NCBI GenBank assembly: GCA_934647165.1
Contig: CAKUFA010000001.1
Coordinates: 80,141-144,140, forward strand
Reading direction: 5' to 3'
Source of the DNA: an uncultured Clostridia bacterium
Lineage (GTDB): Bacteria > Bacillota > Clostridia > Christensenellales > Aristaeellaceae
DNA length: 64,000 nt
Shown here one piece after another: positions 16,275-23,210 of the stretch. A program made the translations under genes and the position numbers. A model generated the notes under the pieces. That model made no database searches. It saw nothing but the letters and a program-made list of their open reading frames with translations, and was not told the DNA's origin. The stretch's first letter is position 1. Every line of letters starts with the position of its first letter.

Positions 16275-18878
16275 ATGCAGGAACTCAGACCGATTGACTG
16301 TGTGGAAGCGCTTCAGGAGCGCATGACCCTTATGCGGAAGGCACAGCGCGAGTTTGCAACGTTCACACAGGAACAGGTGGATCACATCTTTTTTGAAGCG
16401 GCCATGGCAGCCAACAAAGCGCGCATTCCCCTGGCCAAGATGGCAGTTGAGGAAACCGGCATGGGCGTGATGGAGGATAAGGTTATCAAAAACCATTATG
16501 CCAGCGAGTATATTTATCATGCGTATCGTAACACCAAGACGGTCGGCGTGCTGGAAGAGGATCCGGCGTTCGGTATCAAGAAAATTGCCGAACCGATCGG
16601 TCTGGTCGCGGCAGTGATTCCGACGACTAACCCTACTTCTACCGCGATTTTTAAGGCGCTTTTGTGCCTCAAAACCCGAAATGCCATTCTCATCAGCCCT
16701 CATCCCCGAGCAAAGAAATGTACCGCAGAGGCTGCGCGCATTGTCTACGAAGCGGCTGTCAAGGCCGGCGCACCAGAAGGGATTATCGGCTGCATTGAGT
16801 TCCCGAGTCTTGAGCTAACGGGTGAGCTGATGCACGAGGCGGATATCATCCTTGCGACAGGCGGCCCTGGCATGGTTCATGCGGCGTATTCCTCCGGTAA
16901 ACCGGCGCTGGGCGTTGGTGCGGGCAACACCCCCGTTATCATTGATGAAACGGCAGATGTGAAGCTGGCTGTCAGCTCTATTATCCATTCCAAAACGTTT
17001 GACAATGGCATGATCTGTGCTTCTGAACAAAGCGTAACGGTGCTTGATTCCATCTACGATGAAGTGCGTGCAGAGTTTGCACGGCGCGGATGCTATTTCC
17101 TCAAGGGGAACGAGCTGGATAAGGTTCGCCACACGATTTTGATTAACGGTGCGCTGAATGCGAAAATCGTTGGTCAGAGCGCGCACACCATCGCCCAGTT
17201 GGCGGGCGTGGAAGTGCCGGAAGAGACAAAAATTCTCATTGGCGAAGTGGAGAGCGTCGATCTTTCGGAAGAATTTGCCCACGAGAAGCTTTCTCCGGTA
17301 TTGGCCATGTATCACGCCAAGGACTTTGACGAAGCGCTCGATAAGGCGGAAAAACTCGTGTGCGACGGCGGCCATGGTCATACCGCGTCCCTGTATATCC
17401 ATCCGGCGCAGAAGGAAAAGATCATGAAACATGCCGAGCGCATGGAAGCATGCCGCATCGTGATCAATACGCCTTCCAGCTTCGGCGGCATCGGCGACCT
17501 GTACAACTTCAAGATGGCGCCGTCACTGACATTGGGCTGCGGTACGTGGGGCGGCAACTCGGTTTCCGAAAACGTGGGTGTGAAGCACCTGCTCAATGTC
17601 AAAACAGTTGCTGAGAGGAGAGAGAACATGCTCTGGTTCCGTGCGCCGCAGAAGGTGTATTTCAAGAAGGGCTGCATGCCGGTGGCGCTCGATGAGCTGG
17701 GCACGGTGATGGGCAAGAAGAAGTGCTTCATCGTCACCGATACGTTCCTGTATAAGAACGGCTATGTTGCGCCGATTGAGAAGAAACTGGATGAAATGGG
17801 AATTCAGCATACCTGCTTCTATGATGTCGCGCCCGATCCGAACCTCTCTTCCGCACTCAAGGGCGCGCAGGCAATGCGGCTGTTCGAGCCGGATTGCATC
17901 ATTGCGCTGGGCGGCGGCTCTGCCATGGATGCGGGTAAAATCATGTGGGTGATGTACGAGCACCCGGAGGTGGACTTCCTGGATATGGCCATGCGCTTCA
18001 TGGATATCCGCAAGCGTGTGTACACCTTCCCGAAGATGGGCGAAAAAGCATATTTCGTTGCCATCCCGACCTCTTCCGGCACGGGCTCCGAGGTTACGCC
18101 GTTTGCCGTGATTACCGATGACCGCACGGGCACGAAGTATCCTCTGGCAGACTATGAGCTGCTGCCAAACATGGCCATTGTGGATGCGGACAACATGATG
18201 AACCAGCCGCGGGGTCTGACCTCCGCCTCCGGTATCGATGTGCTGACCCATGGCCTGGAAGCTTATGCTTCGATGATGGCAACGGATTACACCGATGGCC
18301 TGGCGCTGAAATCGATGAAGAACGTGTTCGATTATCTGCCGCGTGCCTATGAATACGGTGCGGCTGATCCGGAAGCGCGCCAGAAGATGGCGGATGCGTC
18401 CTGCATGGCGGGCATGGCGTTTGCCAACGCATTCCTCGGCGTCTGCCACTCGATGGCGCATAAGCTTGGCGCATATCATCACCTGCCCCACGGTGTGGCC
18501 AACGCGCTGATGATTTGCCATGTGCTGCGGTTCAATGCGGCGGAAGTGCCAGCAAAGATGGGTACATTCCCGCAGTATGACCACCCGCATACGCTGGCAC
18601 GCTATGCGGAATGCGCACGCTTCTGCGGCGTTTGCGGCAAGAACGATGAAGAAACGCTTGATTTGTTCATTGACAAGATTGAGGAGCTGAAGGCCACAAT
18701 CGGCATCAAGAAGTCCATTGCCGAATATGGCATCAGCGAGGAAATCTTCATGAGCACGTTGGATCAAATGGTGGAAGATGCGTTTGACGACCAGTGCACT
18801 GGCGCAAACCCGCGTTATCCGCTGCTGAAGGAAATCAAGGCGATGTATCTCAAGGCATACTACGGCGAAAAGGCATAA
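16275..18878 (+). CDS. adhE: bifunctional acetaldehyde-CoA/alcohol dehydrogenase
   Basis: The protein is 867 aa, with an ALDH domain followed by an iron-ADH domain ([18 protein letters not shown]). I choose the ATG at 16275 after CAGGAGG. The track start at 16182 lies inside the promoter. Confidence 0.95.
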   Translation: MQELRPIDCVEALQERMTLMRKAQREFATFTQEQVDHIFFEAAMAANKARIPLAKMAVEETGMGVMEDKVIKNHYASEYIYHAYRNTKTVGVLEEDPAFGIKKIAEPIGLVAAVIPTTNPTSTAIFKALLCLKTRNAILISPHPRAKKCTAEAARIVYEAAVKAGAPEGIIGCIEFPSLELTGELMHEADIILATGGPGMVHAAYSSGKPALGVGAGNTPVIIDETADVKLAVSSIIHSKTFDNGMICASEQSVTVLDSIYDEVRAEFARRGCYFLKGNELDKVRHTILINGALNAKIVGQSAHTIAQLAGVEVPEETKILIGEVESVDLSEEFAHEKLSPVLAMYHAKDFDEALDKAEKLVCDGGHGHTASLYIHPAQKEKIMKHAERMEACRIVINTPSSFGGIGDLYNFKMAPSLTLGCGTWGGNSVSENVGVKHLLNVKTVAERRENMLWFRAPQKVYFKKGCMPVALDELGTVMGKKKCFIVTDTFLYKNGYVAPIEKKLDEMGIQHTCFYDVAPDPNLSSALKGAQAMRLFEPDCIIALGGGSAMDAGKIMWVMYEHPEVDFLDMAMRFMDIRKRVYTFPKMGEKAYFVAIPTSSGTGSEVTPFAVITDDRTGTKYPLADYELLPNMAIVDADNMMNQPRGLTSASGIDVLTHGLEAYASMMATDYTDGLALKSMKNVFDYLPRAYEYGAADPEARQKMADASCMAGMAFANAFLGVCHSMAHKLGAYHHLPHGVANALMICHVLRFNAAEVPAKMGTFPQYDHPHTLARYAECARFCGVCGKNDEETLDLFIDKIEELKATIGIKKSIAEYGISEEIFMSTLDQMVEDAFDDQCTGANPRYPLLKEIKAMYLKAYYGEKA

Positions 18879-18893
18879 GGAGGGATCCGGCGA

Positions 18894-19643
18894 ATGAGCA
18901 GGGAAATTATCGTAGAACGCAATACCAAAACCGTGTATCGCGATGGCAACAAGATCATTAAACAGTTCAAGGCGGGCTACCCCAAGAGCGCTGTCATCAA
19001 GGAAGCGTTTAACCATGCCCTGGCGGAGGAATCCGGATTGAATGTGCCTGCGCTGCTGGAAATGAAGAACACCGGCGAAGGATGGGCGCTGATTATCGAA
19101 GCTGTTGATGGCAAAACGATGGCGCAGCTGATGGCCGAACAGCCGGAAAACCTGGAAGCGTTGATGGAACAGTTTGTGCAGATTCAGAGCGATATCCATC
19201 ACCACACCTGCAAGCAGATGGGGCATCTTAAGGATAAGCTGAACGCGCAGATTTCGTCCCTGCGCGATGATCTGGACGCAAGCACACGATATGAGCTGCA
19301 TGTCCGCCTTGAAAACATGAAGCCGCACACGAAGATTACACATGGCGACTTCAACCCGTCCAACGTGCTCATTGGCAACGATGGCAAGGTTTACATCCTC
19401 GACTGGGCGCATGCGGCCATCGGCAATGCCTCTGCCGATGCCGCCACCACCTATCTCCAGTTTGCACTGGAAGATCAGAAGAAGGCGGATCTGTATCTGA
19501 AACTGTTCTGCAAAAAGAATGACATTGCCATGCAGTATGTCCAACGTTGGCTGCCAATCGTTGCTGCTGCACAGATGACCAAGAAGCATGGTGCGGAGAA
19601 AGACTTCCTCATTCGCTGGACGCAGGTTGTAGAATTTGAGTAA
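18894..19643 (+). CDS. APH/choline-kinase-family phosphotransferase
   Basis: ITHGDFNPSNVLI...ILDWAHAAIG are the Brenner and DxD motifs of the kinase-like fold. RBS AAGGAGGG. It lies 15 nt after adhE. Confidence 0.75.
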   Translation: MSREIIVERNTKTVYRDGNKIIKQFKAGYPKSAVIKEAFNHALAEESGLNVPALLEMKNTGEGWALIIEAVDGKTMAQLMAEQPENLEALMEQFVQIQSDIHHHTCKQMGHLKDKLNAQISSLRDDLDASTRYELHVRLENMKPHTKITHGDFNPSNVLIGNDGKVYILDWAHAAIGNASADAATTYLQFALEDQKKADLYLKLFCKKNDIAMQYVQRWLPIVAAAQMTKKHGAEKDFLIRWTQVVEFE

Positions 19644-19751
19644 TGCCAGGCGGAGAGAAATTGGCAAATTAAAACGGTGAAAAAGAGCTATCGTTTTATT
19701 TTGCACCCAGCCGGTAGCCGGTGAATCTGCTAAAACTGAAAAACAAAAAAG

Positions 19752-19798
19752 AAAACGCCCCTTGCACCCACTCGTGAGAGTAGGGCAAGGGGCGTTTG
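19752..19798 (-). terminator. rho-independent terminator (minus-strand orientation)
   Basis: The stem AACGCCCCTTGC...GCAAGGGGCGTT is followed on the minus strand by TTTCTTTTTTGTTTTT. Confidence 0.6.
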
Positions 19799-19850
19799 CA
19801 TCCAGCAGAGTGCGAAAAGCCTGATGGGGCAAGGCTTTTCAATGCATGAA

Positions 19851-19886
19851 AAAACGCTAACCTTGGTATCAAGATTAGCGTTTTAT
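19851..19886 (-). terminator. rho-independent terminator directly after tRNA-Lys
   Basis: On the minus strand, AAAACGCTAA-loop-TTAGCGTTTTTT starts 3 nt after the tRNA CCA end. Confidence 0.65.
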
Positions 19887-19888
19887 TA

Positions 19889-19964
19889 TGGTACACCATT
19901 AGGGACTCGAACCCTAGACACCCTGATTAAGAGTCAGGTGCTCTACCAACTGAGCTAATGGTGC
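19889..19964 (-). tRNA. tRNA-Lys (anticodon CTT), CCA encoded
   Basis: The reverse complement GCACCATTAGCTCAGTTGGTAGAGCACCTGACTCTTAATCAGGGTGTCTAGGGTTCGAGTCCCTAATGGTGTACCA folds as a 76-nt cloverleaf. The anticodon loop is CTCTTAA and the T-loop is TTCGAGT. Confidence 0.95.
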
Positions 19965-19998
19965 ATATCGTTTCGCGCTCTCGCGGCCAACAATAGAC

Positions 19999-20026
19999 AT
20001 TATACACGTTTCTGGAAATTTGTCAA
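19999..20026 (-). promoter_or_regulatory. promoter for tRNA-Lys (TTGACA-16-TATAAT on the minus strand)
   Basis: The minus strand reads GGTGTTGACAAATTTCCAGAAACGTGTATAATG. The -10 element ends about 30 nt upstream of the mature tRNA 5' end. Confidence 0.55.
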
Positions 20027-20120
20027 CACCTTTTTGAAAATTTTGCGAAATCTGCAGAAGAGATTATGCACTGCGCAGTTGAAAGAACTCAATATGACTT
20101 CAGAAATAGGAATATTACGG

Positions 20121-20418
20121 TTATACGCCATCCTTCTTCACCCCTTCCGTAGGGGAGGTGGAAAGCTGCTTGTATACCTGATTTACGCCAGTAGACGCAA
20201 GGCCGGACACAATACCGATAGCAACGGCATTCAGCAGGTCGTTTGCGGGGAATTCAGGCATGATGTTACATGCCAAGCACACCCAGCGCACCGCCTGCAA
20301 TGCCCACAATCACAGGAATCAGTTCATCCCTGATTGCTGTGATTGCCTTTGCCGCAAGGCCGATCAGATAGGTAATGACCACGATTGCCAGTACAGTTCC
20401 CATAGTAGTAATGTCCAT
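20121..20418 (-). pseudogene. phage holin (phi-LC3-like family), frameshifted
   Basis: The ATG at 20418 follows AAGGAG. MDITTMGTVLAIVVITYLIGLAAKAITAIRDELIPVIVGIAGGALGVLGM then hits TAA. The next frame continues IMPEFPANDLLNAVAIGIVSGLASTGVNQVYKQL. An extra A in GGCATGTAACATC explains the shift. Confidence 0.65.
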
Positions 20419-20502
20419 AGATACCACTCCTTTTAACTTGATTTTTTCAAAAAGAAAACCGTCAGAAAGGCTGCAATCCCAGCATTTTCAACGGTTCTCT
20501 AA

Positions 20503-20576
20503 TTTGCTTGTAAGTTGCAAGTTTGTTGCAAGTTGGTTGCACGTTTGTTGTAAGTTTGTTGCAAGTTGGTGGCAAG
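20503..20576. repeat. phased 11-bp tandem iterons (consensus TTTGTTGCAAG)
   Basis: Five exact-phase 11-mers lie at 20522-20576: TTTGTTGCAAG, TTGGTTGCACG, TTTGTTGTAAG, TTTGTTGCAAG and TTGGTGGCAAG. Two degenerate copies lie upstream. Confidence 0.85.
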
Positions 20577-20580
20577 TATC

Positions 20581-20612
20581 AAAAAAGCACCTTGCGTGTG
20601 CAGGGGTGCTTT
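20581..20612 (-). terminator. rho-independent terminator after the 65-aa ORF
   Basis: On the minus strand, AAAGCACCCC-TGCACACGCAA-GGTGCTTTTTT begins immediately after the TGA at 20613-20615. Confidence 0.6.
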
Positions 20613-20810
20613 TCACCTGACTTCTTCAATTTCCCTAATTTCTTCAGGCCGGAACTCAATCAGCTCCCCATCAATGGAGCGAATGACAATGCTTTCACCT
20701 TCTGGGACGTTATCTTCGGGAAATATATAGTCAATCACTGTACCTGCGAACTTTTTCTGTTCTTCGGTAGTAATCAAGACCTTTCTCCCGTAATATTTCC
20801 TGATATTCAT
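20613..20810 (-). CDS. small acidic hypothetical protein (65 aa), translationally coupled to the upstream toxin-like domain
   Basis: Its ATG overlaps the upstream stop (ATGA at 20807-20810), and a terminator follows. I recognise no family. Confidence 0.55.
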   Translation of the reverse strand: MNIRKYYGRKVLITTEEQKKFAGTVIDYIFPEDNVPEGESIVIRSIDGELIEFRPEEIREIEEVR

Positions 20811-21640
20811 TGCTCTTCACTCTCCTTTATCGGGTACATATGCGCACCTGTCTTGGAATAGACAATCATTCCCACATGCGATTCAGTTTCGTTTCCATCC
20901 ATCGTAACCGCAGCCCCTATCAAGGAAGCATTCCTTACACGTTCCTTGTGAACCCAATTGCCCTTTCCATCAAGAACAGGCTCCCCAGTTCCATGCAATT
21001 CATCAATAACCTGTTGAACCTCTGCAACGGTTTCAGCGAGCATGTAGCTTCTTCCAGGTATGTAACTTGTGCTGTTTCGCATGTGTCTGTTTTGCTTTGC
21101 AGCATTCACAGTTTTTGAAACTTCGCCAGAAGAAATTGCGTCAAGAACGGCAGATTTCTTCCCCTTTATTATACCACTTTTCCCAGTATTTTCAACGGTT
21201 TCAGCCGCTTTCAGGTACTTCTTTTCAAAGTCCTTAAAGCTGTCCGTTTTGTCAAGCCCGAAGAATTTTGCACGGTCTTTCAGCGTTTGCAGTTCCGATG
21301 CATCCAGTTCCCACCTGGCATGGGTCAGCGCCACGCAGCGGCAGTTGCAATCTTCGGCAGGGTCGCCGAAATCGCCGGGATACCGTGCCTTGCGCCCGCT
21401 GCTGCTCTCAAAGGGCTTGTCTGTCTCCCGAATCTGCCCGTCAAGCGCCCGGTGCGTTGGGCGGATGTCGCTGTCATGCATTGCGTCCCATTGTTTTACC
21501 ACATCCGCGCCCGCCGCCTTGGCTTCCTGCCGTGCATCCTCCGAAGATGTTTCATAAATGCGGTGCGCTTCCGTCCTTGCAATGGTCTTTGCACGGGCAA
21601 GGGGCGCACCTTGAGAAAATGAATAAGCAGTATGCAGTAT
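20807..21640 (-). pseudogene. 5'-truncated phage head-morphogenesis (SPP1 gp7/Mu F-like) gene with a C-terminal polymorphic-toxin-type-50-like domain
   Basis: ARAKTIARTEAHRIYE...IRPTHRALDGQ...DCNCRC is the Mu F-like core. AAKQNRHM...IPGRSYML...GTGEPVLDGKGNWVHKE...IGAAV...MIVYSKTGAHMYPI resembles the Ntox50 domain seen on such proteins. The frame opens only after a TGA near 21650, and there is no N-terminal half, start or RBS. Confidence 0.6.
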
Positions 21641-21660
21641 TGGCCTGATTATTCATTTTC
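21615..21660. repeat. perfect 12-bp inverted repeat at the truncation point
   Basis: GAAAATGAATAA (21615-21626) and TTATTCATTTTC (21649-21660) are separated by 22 nt. Confidence 0.6.
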
Positions 21661-21805
21661 AAAGGCCAGAAGTATGCCGGGAAGTTCCGAAAAAATCGCC
21701 TGAAAGCCCTTATATATCAACGGTTTTCGAGATAGTGAGTTGCACCAAAAGTTGAACTTTTATATTTATGCATCCACAAATTCCAGCCAAACACCCTCAT
21801 TCCAA

Positions 21806-21851
21806 ACAAAAGAAAAAGCCCGAAAGTCCTTATAAATCAAGGCTTTCGGGC
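21806..21851 (-). terminator. rho-independent terminator after tRNA-Val
   Basis: The minus strand reads GCCCGAAAGCC-TTGATTTATAAGG-ACTTTCGGGC followed by TTTTTCTTTTGTTT. Confidence 0.65.
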
Positions 21852-21853
21852 AA

Positions 21854-21930
21854 TGGTGGGATTAGGAGGGCTCGAACCTCTGACCTCCACGATGTCAACG
21901 TGGCGCTCTAACCAACTGAGCTATAATCCC
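21854..21930 (-). tRNA. tRNA-Val (anticodon GAC), CCA encoded
   Basis: The reverse complement GGGATTATAGCTCAGTTGGTTAGAGCGCCACGTTGACATCGTGGAGGTCAGAGGTTCGAGCCCTCCTAATCCCACCA is 77 nt. The anticodon loop is TTGACAT and the T-loop is TTCGAGC. Confidence 0.93.
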
Positions 21931-22023
21931 ATGCGGTTAACACAATGATTATAGCACAGCTTTTTTGTAAATGCAAGCCCTATTTCAATGGAAAATCTGT
22001 GTGAATGAAGTTTTTAGCGAGAA

Positions 22024-23010
22024 TTACTGGGTTAATTCTTCTACAAAACGCATATTGACCAGCGCGTGGTAATCCCATGGCTCATCATACAGGCCGGAAG
22101 CGGACAAAACGGTCATGGTCATGCGTACTGCGTCCTCGGAGATATAACCGTCCGGTGACCAGAGATGGTCATCCCAGGCACGCTTGAGCGCTGCGGCGCG
22201 CCCTTCCGCTGTCAGGGTGGGAAACTCTGCTTCAAGCACACGTGCGGCAAGGTCATGGTCATCTGCCACGGCATGGAGGCCGCGCAGCATGGCACGCACA
22301 AAGGCACGGCAGGTATCCGACTGATGCTCAATGGTGGATTGCTTAACGCTGAGCACAGAGTAGGCGTAGGGACCAAGGTCAGGAAAGGCAACGAAAGGCT
22401 CCTCCCACACGTTGGCGGCAATCCCTTCACTGATTTGTGGTTCGCCGCCGTTGCCAATGTCGCCCTGCCCATGCTGAAGCATGGCGGTCACGGTGGCGGC
22501 GTCGGCGTTTTCAATCAGCTGCACGTCTTGATCCGGATCAAGCCCAACCTGCCGGAGCAGATAGCGTGTGAGGAGGTTGGGAGAGCCGCCAAAGCGTCCC
22601 GCAATGATCCGTTTGCCTTGCAGGAAGGCTGCCATGTCCGCATCAGCCGAGGAAGCTGGGGATAAGCCCTTGGCAGCAAAAAGGTATACGTTGGCACGGT
22701 CAACGCAGTTGACGATGGAAACCAGTGGATCCGCATTGCCGCGGTTTGCGAGGGCAGTGGAGTCAACGCCGCCGATGACGGCGAAGGCGTCGCCGGAAAC
22801 GACGGCTGTCACATGTGCGCCGCCGGTAGCCTGCACTACATTGACCTCCAGCCCTTCATCGGCAAAGTAGCCTTCATGGATGGCAACATACAGGGGCAGA
22901 TAGCCGATGAGGTGCACGGGCTCCGAAACCGTGAGGGACTGTGCGCAGGCTGCGGAAGCAGCCAGGCAAAAACTCAACAGGAGGGATAGGATGACAAAAA
23001 GTCGCTTCAT
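22024..23010 (-). CDS. ABC-type substrate-binding protein, NMT1/THI5-like (nitrate/sulfonate/bicarbonate family), secreted
   Basis: Signal peptide MKRLFVILSLLLSFCLAASAACAQ. IGYLPLYVAIHEGYFADEGL is typical of the family. I prefer the ATG at 23010 over the TTG at 23016. Confidence 0.75.
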   Translation of the reverse strand: MKRLFVILSLLLSFCLAASAACAQSLTVSEPVHLIGYLPLYVAIHEGYFADEGLEVNVVQATGGAHVTAVVSGDAFAVIGGVDSTALANRGNADPLVSIVNCVDRANVYLFAAKGLSPASSADADMAAFLQGKRIIAGRFGGSPNLLTRYLLRQVGLDPDQDVQLIENADAATVTAMLQHGQGDIGNGGEPQISEGIAANVWEEPFVAFPDLGPYAYSVLSVKQSTIEHQSDTCRAFVRAMLRGLHAVADDHDLAARVLEAEFPTLTAEGRAAALKRAWDDHLWSPDGYISEDAVRMTMTVLSASGLYDEPWDYHALVNMRFVEELTQ

Positions 23011-23210
23011 GGGCAAAACCTTCCTTTCTCAGGCGGGATATGAAGCAGTCTATGCCCGAAAATGAAAAAAAGACTTAATTTCACCAGAAAAAAGTGTTTT
23101 TTTGGGCTTCCCAAATGGCCCTAAATGGTCTACAATAACTGCGTATAGCGGCCTGTCTGCCCGCAAAAAATCGTTTATTTCCACAACGAGGAAGGGTTCG
23201 GAGGTAGTTC

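Larger units (their letters stand above)
20030..21700. mobile_element. prophage remnant between tRNA-Lys and tRNA-Val
   Basis: It holds a frameshifted holin, a small phage-type ORF and a 5'-truncated head-morphogenesis gene. There is no integrase, endolysin, terminase or tail gene. GC content is lower than in the flanks. Confidence 0.65.

Noticed and set aside
16034-16703. Minus-strand ORFs 16034-16273 and 16122-16703 in the adhE upstream region
   Set aside because: They lie in the AT-rich promoter and leader and in the 5' end of adhE. Their hydrophobic Ile/Leu/Phe-rich translation is what AT-rich DNA yields by chance.
17523-19832. 769-aa minus-strand ORF across adhE and the APH-like gene
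   Set aside because: It lies antisense to adhE, whose identity is unambiguous. It also runs through an intergenic region and terminator hairpins.
20503-20576. Possible CRISPR array
   Set aside because: The repeats are 11 bp long and directly abutting with no spacers. No cas genes are present. This is an iteron or microsatellite-type array, not a CRISPR.
23011-23210. TPP riboswitch upstream of the THI5/NMT1-like binding protein
   Set aside because: Only a CTGAGA-like hexamer occurs. The ACCTGATCTGGATAATGCCAGCG-type block and the pairing partners are absent.
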